DNA of 64,000 bases from Phycisphaerales bacterium (GCA_965227775.1 OZ245777.1:224001-288000); one strand, 5' to 3'; numbered from the stretch's first letter, positions 10,201 to 19,319 are shown. Made by a program: numbers and translations. Notes: generated by a model not told the origin, from the letters alone.

Positions 10201-11618
10201 TGATCGCTCGCGCCCAAGATCTGCGCCGGCACCGGCCTACCGGTTGGGTCGAGCACCACCACCGACTCGGGTGCTTCGCCATCAAATTCAAGCTCGGCCT
10301 CGACGATGTCGGCCCGCTCCCACGAGAGCGGGTTGTAGACGACGACAGGCGTGCCCTGCGCGCTCGTGTCCATCGCGCTGATGATGGCCGATGCAGAGTC
10401 GGTGAGCACGGCGGCGAACTGGTTGGCGGCGATGACCTCATCGTTCCACGAAAGGTCGTAGGCCAGCGGCACGCTGGTGCCGGGCAGGATGTCGTGCATC
10501 TGCGAGCCCAACACGAGCTCCCAGGCGTCCTGCAACCGCTGGCCGGGGTAGTCGCGAGCGCCCAGGAGCATCGCGCCCACGGCGGCCTTCTCGGCGGCAT
10601 CGGCGAGCTGCTCGTTCTTGCGATTCCAACGCTTCATGTAGGCCTGCGAGCTGATGCTGCCGGCCGAGTGCTCGATGAGCTGGAGCTCGCCCTTGTATGT
10701 CGGTAGGGCATCGCGTTGCTCAGGGGTGATGGCCTCGAACATCAGGTCCGCCCGATCGGCGATGACGTTGATCTTGGCGTCGGCGTTCTTGCTGTTGGCG
10801 ACGCTCTGCTCGACCATGACCACCGAGGCCTCGCGCGGTGCGCCGCCCTGGTCGCCCACGCCGTAGTAGTGGTAGTCGACGTAGACGCCCGATTGGTCGC
10901 CGTTGTTGTTGATGCGCGCCAGCCAGCCATCGTCCTTCGAGAGATCGCTGCGCACATCGCCGACGTACGCGCCCGGGTCGAGCGCGGCGATGATCGAGTT
11001 GCCATCGGGGCCTTCCCACACGCCCACCTTGAAGGGGATGGGTGTCACGGCGTTCCACGTGAGCTTCTGCGTGCTGAAGCCATCGAGACCGCAGTGGGCG
11101 AGCAGGCTTGGCAGGGCGGCCGGAAAGCCGAAGCAGTCCGGCAGCATAAACTCGTTGCTTGTGACGCCGAACGCATCGCGGACGTACTTGTTTCCGTAGA
11201 GGACCTGGCGGATCTGGCTCTCGCCGCTGGGCACGTTCGCGTCGTTTTCGTCGACGGCCGAGCCAGAGGGGAACCAACGGCCCTGGGCGACATACTCCTT
11301 GAGGGTCTCGAAGTCTTCGGGGTAGTACTCCTCCATCATCTCGAAGCGGCGAGATCCTCCGAAGTTAAACACGTAACCGGGGTGCTTCTCGAAGAGCTCG
11401 AAGTTGTCGTGCAGCGTATTGGGAATGAAGTCGCGGATCGTGTCGTAGTAGGTCCAGCGCCACTGCGTATCGAGGTGGGCGTAGCCGACGACAAAGAGCG
11501 TGGGCTCGGTGAGGTCGATGTCGGTTGGATCGGGGCGCTCGGCCTGCTGGCCTGCGTGGGCAGCCGCGAAGGCCATCGCCGCTGCGAGAAGTGCTGACGT
11601 CCGAGCGTTGCATGCCAT
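7269..11618 (-). CDS. exported multidomain GH38 alpha-mannosidase (GH38 N/middle/C, Fn3-associated, Ig-like, LamG-like)
   Basis: GYAHLDTQWRW (Zn ligands), LPDCFGFP (nucleophile), YGVGDQGG, SQMHDILPGTS, RYTTDGSNP, WQMVTATYDG...LYKDG. Signal-like N-terminus from ATG 11618. Confidence 0.92.
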   Translation of the reverse strand: MACNARTSALLAAAMAFAAAHAGQQAERPDPTDIDLTEPTLFVVGYAHLDTQWRWTYYDTIRDFIPNTLHDNFELFEKHPGYVFNFGGSRRFEMMEEYYPEDFETLKEYVAQGRWFPSGSAVDENDANVPSGESQIRQVLYGNKYVRDAFGVTSNEFMLPDCFGFPAALPSLLAHCGLDGFSTQKLTWNAVTPIPFKVGVWEGPDGNSIIAALDPGAYVGDVRSDLSKDDGWLARINNNGDQSGVYVDYHYYGVGDQGGAPREASVVMVEQSVANSKNADAKINVIADRADLMFEAITPEQRDALPTYKGELQLIEHSAGSISSQAYMKRWNRKNEQLADAAEKAAVGAMLLGARDYPGQRLQDAWELVLGSQMHDILPGTSVPLAYDLSWNDEVIAANQFAAVLTDSASAIISAMDTSAQGTPVVVYNPLSWERADIVEAELEFDGEAPESVVVLDPTGRPVPAQILGASDHGFARIAFAATVPSVGFATYDVRFGDAAFPGQPSELSITPDGRRLENGNYVVTLNARGDVESIFDKQADAEMLSAPARIGLHYENPSQWPAWNMDWADRQLPAKAFVGEEGPVEFKVIENGPARVAVEVTRQAEGSTFTQRIRLGSGSDRVEFDTDVDWNTRERSVRAAFPLVASNPMATYDIHLGTTERGNGHPRQYEYLFHQWFNLTDTSGDFGATIMCDSKYAADKPDDNTVRLTLLFTPGVRGGYPDQQSQDIGRHHVLYAVQGHAGDWREGESYRHAAALNQPLVPFRTTPHAGDLGKVVSLLSVDNDAVSVQAMKKAEDTGEIVIRLREHTGSPAESVTITSDLGTIANARQIDGQERHIEDMAVTDGSVTTDLGGFGLKAIAIDVNDVGASVQPPRTQTVKLPYDIDAVTANDDRAAGGMTDDGRSYPAEQLPRQFAVGGVDFQMGGHDANAVTCSGQQLSLPDGEFDTLYLLIASSEGDVESLVSIDGNEHALRAQAWDGYVGQWDRREWPGDITDPRYPWGRTDIIGLTPGYVKPDEIAWYASHHHAANEVGGEDAIYRYSYLFRTAIQLPAGASLITLPDDPRIKIFAATVARVGHAATPGRALFDTLADHQLRPPTIEVSGVPTGRNGGHTDTIEATIEPSLYWAPGSFRYTTDGSNPSADSPVYESPLLLSETMTVRTAAVDANGSMGPVQSRTIRVVDETAPSVRDVLAMYEMPELRVAFSEPIQAMEPDRVSIEPSIAVRRVTMDDDNRGATVELASAPAVGKPYTLHVQSVRDRSPAANTLESDRQTFVISGPVYALDLIEKSRYGTSVENVPNLPINAEDAWTINVWVRMDEQPTNRTPLVGFGNCDARNGGQARYLTKFAGGLHMWSHNQDVPSRTQYDLGRWQMVTATYDGREGRLYKDGKPVGQRTVRLSDDANVIHIAPLDPWDRRYQFKGDLTNLTIWDQALTEKALGTLLGNAPQ

Positions 11619-11771
11619 GCGTATGTCCCCAGAATGGTCCCAGCGGCGATGATCGCCAGCTTCGCGGATGGTACGGCGGGCCATCGCTGCAACGATCGTC
11701 CCCATGCCAAGCGTACTGGTAGGATTGGCGCTCGGGCCCGAAGAGGCCCGCGACGAGCCTGGGGGTTGGCC

Positions 11772-12881
11772 ATGGAAGCGTTCGTTCAGGAACTGAAGAA
11801 GCTGCGTCAGCACCTGCTGACGGGCGTGTCGTTTGCCATCCCGTTCATCGCGTGTGGCGGCATCCTGATCGCCCTTTCGCTCGCATTCGCCCCCAAGATC
11901 GACGGCATGGGATTGGGCGAGAGCTTGGCCATGCTCGAGCCCGAATGGGCCCGGAACCTGCTGCAAACCACTCTGGCCATCGGTGTTGCGGCGTTCACGC
12001 TGATGCTGCCCGTGCTGGGCGGATACATCGCGTACTCGATCGCCGGCAAGCCGGGCCTCGTCTCGGGCATGCTGGGCGGCTGGTTCAGCGGACACCTGAG
12101 CGTGCCGTGGGACCCGGACGCGGACGAAGTGAGCGCGGGCTTTCTTGGCGCGATCGTCGCGGGGCTCATCGCGGGCTATGTGGTCCAGGCGCTCAAGAAG
12201 ATACCGGCGAATCGGTACGTCAAGCCGCTGATGCCGATCCTCGTCATTCCGGTCGTCAGCGCGGTCGTCATCGGCGTGCTGATGCTGCTCGTGGTCGGGC
12301 CGCCGATCGCGGCGCTCATGGGCTGGATGACCTCGGGGCTGGAAGGCATGCAGGGCGGGAGCGTGGTGTTGCTGGCGGCGCTGCTGGGCGCGATGATCGC
12401 CTTCGACATGGGTGGGCCCGTGAACAAGGTCGCATTCTTCTTCGCGGCAGGGCTCATCCAAGAGGGCAACATCCTCGTGATGGGTCCGGTGGCGGCGGCG
12501 ATCTGCACGCCGCCCTTGGGATTGGGGCTCGCAACCATCATCGCCCGCAGGATGTGGCGCGAGGACCAACGCGAGGCCGGGCTGGCGGCTCTGGGCATGG
12601 GCATGATCGGCATCACCGAGGGCGCGATTCCCTTCGCGGCAGCGGACCCTCTGCGGGTGATTCCGTGCATCATGCTTGGCTCGATGAGCGCAAGCGTGAC
12701 GGCGATGCTCGCGAGCGTGGGCAACAACGCGCCCCACGGTGGCCCGATCGTGATCTTCGTGGTCGAGAACAAGCTGATGTACGTCGTCGCCATCCTGGTT
12801 GGGACGGCCGTCACGGCCGGTGCGGTGCTGTTGGTCAAGAGGCTCACCGGCGGTGTACCGCCATCTGATGCGTCCGCGTAG
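11772..12881 (+). CDS. PTS fructose/mannose-family EIIC
   Basis: HLLTGVSFAIPF, GYIAYSIAGKPGL, GFLGAIVAGLIAGY, FDMGGPVNK, GITEGAIPFAAADP, APHGG. Confidence 0.95.
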   Translation: MEAFVQELKKLRQHLLTGVSFAIPFIACGGILIALSLAFAPKIDGMGLGESLAMLEPEWARNLLQTTLAIGVAAFTLMLPVLGGYIAYSIAGKPGLVSGMLGGWFSGHLSVPWDPDADEVSAGFLGAIVAGLIAGYVVQALKKIPANRYVKPLMPILVIPVVSAVVIGVLMLLVVGPPIAALMGWMTSGLEGMQGGSVVLLAALLGAMIAFDMGGPVNKVAFFFAAGLIQEGNILVMGPVAAAICTPPLGLGLATIIARRMWREDQREAGLAALGMGMIGITEGAIPFAAADPLRVIPCIMLGSMSASVTAMLASVGNNAPHGGPIVIFVVENKLMYVVAILVGTAVTAGAVLLVKRLTGGVPPSDASA

Positions 12882-12891
12882 GAGAAGTGGA

Positions 12892-13191
12892 ATGAAGATC
12901 GTCGCCGTTACCGCCTGCCCGACGGGCATCGCCCATACCTACATGGCCGCAGAGCAGATCGAGCGTGCCGCCGTCGCCGCGGGCCACGAGGTCTCGGTCG
13001 AGACCCAAGGCTCGATGGGCATCGAGAACGAGCTCAGCGACTCGGCGATCGGCGCCGCGGACGTGGTCATCTTCGCGGTCGACATCGAGGTCGAGAAGAA
13101 GGAACGCTTCGAGGGCAAGAAGGTCATCCAGGTCGGCGTGGCCGAGGCGATCAAGAAGCCCGACGCGCTCATCGCCCGCGCGAGCGCGTGA
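12892..13191 (+). CDS. PTS fructose-family EIIB
   Basis: MKIVAVTACPTGIAHTYMAAE, VETQGSMG. Confidence 0.95.
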   Translation: MKIVAVTACPTGIAHTYMAAEQIERAAVAAGHEVSVETQGSMGIENELSDSAIGAADVVIFAVDIEVEKKERFEGKKVIQVGVAEAIKKPDALIARASA

Positions 13192-15683
13192 TGCCCGATA
13201 CCGCAGAGCATCGGTTCACGTGCCAGCTCGCGAGCGGTCTGCACGCGCGGCCCGCGAGTATGCTGGCCGAAGCCGCCGCATCATTTGCATCGGCGATCGT
13301 GATGGAGCGAGACGATGGCACCTCGGCCGACGTTCGCAGCGTCCTCTCGGTAGTCGGCCTCAATGTACAGCAAGGGGACGCATTTAGGATTCACGCATCC
13401 GGCAAAGACGCGCTCGACGCACTGGCGGCCCTGCGGTCGATCGTGGAGACAGGTCTCTCGGACGATGAAGCCCCGCCGAGCACAGCCGTCGAGTGCCGCC
13501 TCCCGCCGGTGCTTCGGCAGCTCGGCGTTTCGCACACGCCCGGCCTTGGCATGGGTGGCGGTAGCGGCATCGGCCAAGCGGTCGCTGTCGGTGGATTGAC
13601 GCTCTCGGAAGAAGCGCTGAATGCCGAGAGCGTCGGCGTCGACCGAGAGCTTGGCGACGCACTCGATGCGGTACGAGCCCTTGTGAGCGACCTGAATGAC
13701 CGGGCCGCCGCGGCTTCGGACGACATGGAAGCCTCACTCCTGAAGGCGCACGCCCAGATCGCCTGCGACTCGGCCCTTTGGAACGCGATCGAGTCCCGGA
13801 TTCGCGAGGGTGAGACGGCGGCTCGCGCGGTCGTGGCCGGGGCCGAGGAGCTGGCCTCGCGGCTTCGCTCGGTGGACAGCGCCTACGTGCGTGAGCGTGC
13901 GGTGGACGTGATTGACATCGCGATGCAGCTGGTCGATCGACTCATTCCCGGCATGCTCGACGCCACCTGCCCGAAGCTTGAGTCCGATGCGATCGTCTTC
14001 GCGGACATGCTGACGGCAAATCAGCTCCTTGCGCTCGATCGCCGGCACCTGCGAGGCCTCGTGCTCGGGCCGGTCGGGCAAACGTCGCACACCGTCATCC
14101 TGGCGCGCAACATCGGGGTTCCGTGCGTCATCGATGTGTCGGCTGCAGTTGGGATCGCAGAGAGCGGCGTCGAAGCCGTCGTGGATGGCGACGGGGGATT
14201 CGTCGTCAGCCCCGTTGGCCAACGCGTCAAGCGGTTCTATGAGTCGGAGCAACGCGTCCGCACGCGGCGGAAGGATTGGATGCGTCCGATCGTCTGCAAG
14301 CCAGCGGTTACGGCCGATGGCAAGAAGCTCGAAGTCGGTGTGACGGCCATCGATGCCGACGAGGTCCGCAGTTCTATTCGAGAGGGCGCCGACGGCGTTG
14401 GACTCTTTCGTACAGAATCCCTGTTCCTCCATCGCGACGAGCCGCCGAGCGAGGACGAGCAGCGCGAGACGTACGCTTCAGTCATCGAAGCGGCCGATGG
14501 CAGGCTCGTAATCCTTCGGACATTCGACATCGGTGGTGACAAGCCCGCACCGTATCTGCGGATGCCCAAGGAGGACAATCCGTTTCTCGGTATGCGGGGC
14601 ATCCGGCTGCATCAGCGTCGGCCCGAGTTGCTCGACACCCAGCTTCGCGCCATGGTTGCCGCGGCAGCGGGCCGGCCGATCAAGATTATGGCGCCGATGG
14701 TCTCGACCGTTGCGGAGATGGCATGGTTCCGCGAACACGTCCGACAAATCAGCGACTCGGCCGAGGTTGGCATGATGATCGAGGTGCCGTCCGTCGCGCT
14801 CTCGGTCGATCGGTTCGCTCCGCACGCGGACTTCTTCAGCATCGGGACGAATGACTTGTGCCAGTACTGGATCGCGGTCGACCGCGGCAACGCGAGTGTT
14901 GCGGCGATCGGCGATGAGCTCCAGCCGGCATTCCTCCGTGTGCTGCGAAAAATCGTCGACGATGCGAAGGCGTCGGCAACGTGGATCGGCGTGTGCGGCG
15001 AGATGGGCGGCCGAGTCGAACACACCCCGCTGATGATCGGGCTCGGCGTGGACGAAGTAAGCCCTGGGCCGGCGAGCGTTGCCGATATCAAACTCGCCGT
15101 GGGAGAGGCCGATTCGGGGCGATGCCGTGAGCTTCTCGACGCCGCGTGCGATGTGGACTCACCCAACGAGGTTCGCGAACTCACTTCAAGATTCGCGTGG
15201 CGTGCTGTGCGCGATGGCCCCCCGATCATCGATCGGCACTGCATGGAGCTAAAGTTCGACGCGACCAGCAAGGCGGAGGCAATCAAGGCTGCGGTCGACC
15301 TGCTCTCGATCACAGGCCGCACCGATCAACCACGCGAGGTCGAAGAGGCCATCTGGGCCCGCGAGGAGACGTACTCCACCGGGCTGGGGCACGGCGTTGC
15401 CATCCCCCACTGCAAGTGTGCATCGGTGAAGTGGCCGACTCTCGCCGTGGTCACGCTGCGCAATCCGGTCGACTGGCAGGCGATGGACGAGCAACCCGTG
15501 CACACGGTGTTCCTGCTCGCGGTGCCCGATGGCGAGTCTGCGGGCGGCGGCGGAGCGGCCCATCTGAAGATCTTCGCAACGCTTGCACGACGGCTGGTGC
15601 ACGAGGACTTCCGACGCGGTCTTCAATCGTGCACGGATCCGTCAGGGATCGAGGACTATCTTCGGAAGCAACTCAGCGTGTAA
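13191..15683 (+). CDS. ptsP: multiphosphoryl transfer protein HPr-Enzyme I-EIIA(Fru) (FryA/PtsA architecture)
   Basis: HPr GLHARPA. EI TSHTVILAR, GVGLFRTE, RTFDIGGDK, DFFSIGTNDL, GVCGEMGG. EIIA REETYSTGLGHGVAIPH. Alternative start GTG 13188. Confidence 0.95.
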   Translation: MPDTAEHRFTCQLASGLHARPASMLAEAAASFASAIVMERDDGTSADVRSVLSVVGLNVQQGDAFRIHASGKDALDALAALRSIVETGLSDDEAPPSTAVECRLPPVLRQLGVSHTPGLGMGGGSGIGQAVAVGGLTLSEEALNAESVGVDRELGDALDAVRALVSDLNDRAAAASDDMEASLLKAHAQIACDSALWNAIESRIREGETAARAVVAGAEELASRLRSVDSAYVRERAVDVIDIAMQLVDRLIPGMLDATCPKLESDAIVFADMLTANQLLALDRRHLRGLVLGPVGQTSHTVILARNIGVPCVIDVSAAVGIAESGVEAVVDGDGGFVVSPVGQRVKRFYESEQRVRTRRKDWMRPIVCKPAVTADGKKLEVGVTAIDADEVRSSIREGADGVGLFRTESLFLHRDEPPSEDEQRETYASVIEAADGRLVILRTFDIGGDKPAPYLRMPKEDNPFLGMRGIRLHQRRPELLDTQLRAMVAAAAGRPIKIMAPMVSTVAEMAWFREHVRQISDSAEVGMMIEVPSVALSVDRFAPHADFFSIGTNDLCQYWIAVDRGNASVAAIGDELQPAFLRVLRKIVDDAKASATWIGVCGEMGGRVEHTPLMIGLGVDEVSPGPASVADIKLAVGEADSGRCRELLDAACDVDSPNEVRELTSRFAWRAVRDGPPIIDRHCMELKFDATSKAEAIKAAVDLLSITGRTDQPREVEEAIWAREETYSTGLGHGVAIPHCKCASVKWPTLAVVTLRNPVDWQAMDEQPVHTVFLLAVPDGESAGGGGAAHLKIFATLARRLVHEDFRRGLQSCTDPSGIEDYLRKQLSV

Positions 15684-17318
15684 CTAGACAGTTGCCGGCT
15701 GATTGGCCTGGATAGCCGCACGATCGGCGATCTCAGCCGATGGCAGGCCGGGCGAGTGCACGCCCGCGTACGACAATCCGCGTCGCTCGCACAGCATGCG
15801 GCTCGTGATCTGGCTCGAGAGGAAGATCACGGGAAGACCACTGCCCGGGTGCGTGCCGCCACCGACCATCCACACGCCCTCCAGGCCCTGGAGCTCGTGC
15901 CGCGGGCGCTTGTGGAGCATCTGACCAAGGTTGTGGGCCAGGTTGAAAGTTGCGCCGTGGTTGATGTTCATCGCGGCCCAGTCATCGGCGGCAACCATCT
16001 TCTCGCATTGGATGCGATCCTCGATGTTCTCGATTCCAAAGACGCGCTCGAGTTGGTGGAGCATGTCCTGACGCATGCGATCGCGCTCGGCCGCAAAGTC
16101 GACGCTGCTGCGCATGTTTGGCGTTGGCATCAGCACGTAGAGGGCGCTGCAGCCGGGGGGAGCCATCGACGGATCGGTCGTGATGGGGTTGCAGACGTAG
16201 GCCGATGGATCTTCGCTCAGCGTGCCAAGGCGCGAGATCTCATCGAGGTTCTGCTCGTAACGGGATGAGACATAGATCGTGTGGTGCGGCAGATCGGTCT
16301 GGCCATCGATGCCCAGGTACAGCATCGATGTCGAGCACGAGTACTTCTTCGCGTCGATCGCATCGGCCGAGGAGTAGCCCGAGACGCGCCGGAGCGCGTC
16401 GGCGGGCAGCAGGTGCTTGAGTGCCCAGGGTGCGTCGGCGTTCATCACGATGTCGGCGTGCGCGTGGTGCTTGCCGTTGACAACCACGCCCGTAGCCCGC
16501 CGGCCATCGAACGTAAGCCGTTCAACCGGTGAGTCGGTGAGGATCTCGACACCCATATTCTCACACGCATCCGCCATGGCGTGCATGATGCGGTTGAGCC
16601 CACCGGTCGCATGCCACACGCCATACTCATACTCGATGAACGGCAAGATTGTGAAGAGGCTCGGGCAGTCGAACGGGCTCATGCCGAGGTACTTGCTCTG
16701 GAAGCTGACCGCCAGGCGCACCTGCGGGTGATGAAAGTACTTGGTCAGCAGCTCGTGCACGTTCTTGTGCGGGTTGATGTGCGGCAAGGCGCGCACGGCA
16801 TCGGGCTTCAGAAGATCCAGCGGCGAGCGGATGGCACGGCGCAGGATGGGCTCGGCAGCGTGGAGCTTGGCCCGGTTGTCTGCGATGAATCGCTCGAACG
16901 CGGCGCCGTCCTTCGCGTCGACCTCGCCGATGCGACGCGCCATCTCTGCCACGTCCTGCGTTGCGTCGAGTGTGATTGGATCGTCACCTGGCCGGCCGAG
17001 CAACAACCGGTACATGGGGTCGAGGCGGGTCAGCTCGACGGCATCTGCCAAACGCCGGCCCGCGGCCTGGAAGATCTCGTCGAGCACGTAGGGCATCAGG
17101 AAGAACGTGGGCCCGAGATCGAAGTGGAAGTCGCCGCTTACACCGTTCAGCGTGGTACGGCTGGTGCGGCCACCGACGTGCGGCTGGGCCTCATAGACCC
17201 TCACCCGGGCGCCGCTGGCGGCAAGCAGCATCGCCGCGGCCAAGCCTCCCGGCCCGGCGCCGATGACAGCGATTGGATTGTCGGCTTGGGATGAAGGGCG
17301 TGGAGCGGAGCGGGTCAT
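15684..17318 (-). CDS. crtI: phytoene desaturase family (CrtI/CrtN/CrtP) flavoprotein
   Basis: IAVIGAGPGGLAAA, FDLGPTFFLMP, FQSKYLGMSP, YSCST, GGGTHPGSGLPVI. Confidence 0.9.
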   Translation of the reverse strand: MTRSAPRPSSQADNPIAVIGAGPGGLAAAMLLAASGARVRVYEAQPHVGGRTSRTTLNGVSGDFHFDLGPTFFLMPYVLDEIFQAAGRRLADAVELTRLDPMYRLLLGRPGDDPITLDATQDVAEMARRIGEVDAKDGAAFERFIADNRAKLHAAEPILRRAIRSPLDLLKPDAVRALPHINPHKNVHELLTKYFHHPQVRLAVSFQSKYLGMSPFDCPSLFTILPFIEYEYGVWHATGGLNRIMHAMADACENMGVEILTDSPVERLTFDGRRATGVVVNGKHHAHADIVMNADAPWALKHLLPADALRRVSGYSSADAIDAKKYSCSTSMLYLGIDGQTDLPHHTIYVSSRYEQNLDEISRLGTLSEDPSAYVCNPITTDPSMAPPGCSALYVLMPTPNMRSSVDFAAERDRMRQDMLHQLERVFGIENIEDRIQCEKMVAADDWAAMNINHGATFNLAHNLGQMLHKRPRHELQGLEGVWMVGGGTHPGSGLPVIFLSSQITSRMLCERRGLSYAGVHSPGLPSAEIADRAAIQANQPATV

Positions 17319-17340
17319 AGCATTCACTATACTGCCGCTG
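17319..17340. promoter_or_regulatory. bidirectional overlapping -10 elements serving two apparently leaderless genes
   Basis: TATACT on + (17328-33) is 7 nt before ATG 17341. TATAGT on - (17331-26) is 7 nt before ATG 17318. Confidence 0.7.
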
Positions 17341-18690
17341 ATGACGAATGCAGAACAGCCAAGCACGCCCGACGCGGGACTGCCCGCACCCCGCGGGGGT
17401 TTGGCGCACCCGCGAACACCGCTGAGCGAGCGGCTGGCGTGGGTGCGGCGCTTCCGGCGGGCGGTCGTTGCCGGGCAGGACGAATTGATCGCGCTGGCGG
17501 GCGAGGAGGTCCGCAAGGACGCCTTCGAGACGCTGGTGAGCGACATCGTGCCGTTGCTGAGCAGTTGCAAGTGGCACGAGCGGCATGCGGGGCGGGTCCT
17601 GCGGACGCGGCGGTTGCGCGGCGGGAGCGTCTGGCAGCTCGGCCAGCGGCACTGGGTGCGGCGAGAGCCGCTCGGGCTTGTTGGCATTATCGCGACGTGG
17701 AACTACCCGGTGCAGTTGCTGGGAATCCAATTGGTGCAGGCGGTCGTTGCGGACAATCGGGTGGTCGTGAAGCCCAGCGAGCGGTGCCCGAGGACGCAGG
17801 CGAAGCTGCTAGAGATGGCTCAGGATGCGGGACTCGCAGAGGGTGTGTTGCGCGTGCTGCCGGCGACGCGTGAGGCAGGTGCAGAGATGCTCGAACTCGA
17901 GCGGCTGGATCACTTGGTGTTCACGGGGTCGACACACGTCGGTCGCACTATCGCCCAGACACTCGGCGCCAAGCTCATTCCCAGTACGCTCGAACTGACG
18001 GGATGCGACTCGGCAATCGTCTTAGAAGACGCGGATATTGATCTGGCTGCGAGATCGATTGCAGCTGCGGTATGCTTGAATGCGGGGCAGACGTGCATGG
18101 CACCACGTCGAGTGCTCGTGCATCAGAACGTGATGGACACGTTTGTTATGAAGCTTAGTGCGTTACTTGGGCAGCGTACAGAAACGGAGTTGTGCGACAC
18201 AGCCGAGGCTGATCGTGTTCGTTCGCTGGCGGGCTTGGATGGTGGTGGAGCATCTTTGCAACCCCGCGCGATCGTAGTACATTACGGGAGTCCGTTGCTC
18301 CGCGGCGAGCACTTTGGACCGGTGGTTGCTGTAACACCAATCGGCTCGAGAAATGACGGGGTACTGCACAGCCGACACTATGGCCAGCATCTAGCGACGA
18401 GCGTCTTCACACGTCATCCCAGGAAATTCGAGGAACTTGTCCCACTCCTCGCCGCCGGCACGGTCACGTTCAACGACGCCGTGATCCCCACCGCGCATCC
18501 TGGCGCGCCACTGCCCGCGATGGGTGCAAGCGGGTGGGGCGTGAGCCGGGGGGAACTTGGCCTCCTCGCGATGACGAGACCGGTGCATGTCACAATGACG
18601 AGTAGAAAGGTCCGTGTGCCCACCGACCCGCCAAGCCCAAAGCAGGCCGAGCAGGTGAAGAAGTTCGTGCGATTTCTATACGGTCGCTAG
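17341..18690 (+). CDS. aldehyde dehydrogenase (candidate carotenoid-aldehyde dehydrogenase)
   Basis: REPLGLVGIIATWNYP, VKPSE, FTGSTHVG, LELTGCD, NAGQTCMAP, EHFGP, SGWG. Confidence 0.88.
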   Translation: MTNAEQPSTPDAGLPAPRGGLAHPRTPLSERLAWVRRFRRAVVAGQDELIALAGEEVRKDAFETLVSDIVPLLSSCKWHERHAGRVLRTRRLRGGSVWQLGQRHWVRREPLGLVGIIATWNYPVQLLGIQLVQAVVADNRVVVKPSERCPRTQAKLLEMAQDAGLAEGVLRVLPATREAGAEMLELERLDHLVFTGSTHVGRTIAQTLGAKLIPSTLELTGCDSAIVLEDADIDLAARSIAAAVCLNAGQTCMAPRRVLVHQNVMDTFVMKLSALLGQRTETELCDTAEADRVRSLAGLDGGGASLQPRAIVVHYGSPLLRGEHFGPVVAVTPIGSRNDGVLHSRHYGQHLATSVFTRHPRKFEELVPLLAAGTVTFNDAVIPTAHPGAPLPAMGASGWGVSRGELGLLAMTRPVHVTMTSRKVRVPTDPPSPKQAEQVKKFVRFLYGR

Positions 18691-19319
18691 GTCAGACTCT
18701 TGAGCCAGAGCTCGTGCGGGTGATGCTCACCGCCGGTGTCCTTGTGCTCGCATGTTTGTGGCTGGTGCACGTAGCCAAGATGCGAGAACAGCGACTGCGC
18801 CCGGCTGTTAGTAGGTTGCACGAAGGCGCGCACCGTCGTGCAACCCAGCCCGGCGGGAAGATCGGCCATCGCGTGCTCGGTCACCGCCGCGCAGGCTTCT
18901 CGGGCTATGCCCTTGCCCTGCGACTGCGGGGTAAGCCACAACGCAATCTCGGAGTACCACTCGAGCCCACGCTCGATGGTGATGAGGTTGCAACAGCCGA
19001 GGATAGAACGGGGATCTTCACGATCGAAGATCGCGCGGCGCAGGGCGCCGCCGGTGCGCAGGCCCTTTGCGGTCAACTCAAGCTGGCGCTTGACAATGTG
19101 CTTGGCGTGCTCACCGGGCAGGTTTACGCCACTCGTGGCATCCCCAGAAGCGATCAGCGAGTCGAGTGCGGCCTCGAACGCCTCGGCGTCGTCGGGCGTG
19201 GCCGGTCGCAGGATGAGCCGGTCCGTATCGATGCGGGTGCCCGGCGTGTCATGGGCATAGACCTCCACGGGTCGTGAGGCCGGAGGAGAGCCAATGCTCG
19301 TATGTTCTTTGCGTTCCAT
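18687..19319 (-). CDS. RimJ/RimL-type GNAT acetyltransferase
   Basis: IDTDRLILRP, EIALWLTPQSQGKGIAREA, NSRAQSLFSHLGY. Confidence 0.8.
   Translation of the reverse strand: MERKEHTSIGSPPASRPVEVYAHDTPGTRIDTDRLILRPATPDDAEAFEAALDSLIASGDATSGVNLPGEHAKHIVKRQLELTAKGLRTGGALRRAIFDREDPRSILGCCNLITIERGLEWYSEIALWLTPQSQGKGIAREACAAVTEHAMADLPAGLGCTTVRAFVQPTNSRAQSLFSHLGYVHQPQTCEHKDTGGEHHPHELWLKSLT

Noticed and set aside
11619..12929. Apparent 1886-aa giant mannosidase ORF (7269..12929)
   Set aside because: The first 437 codons are the antisense shadow of the PTS IIC gene. GH38-like sequence with a signal peptide begins at ATG 11618.
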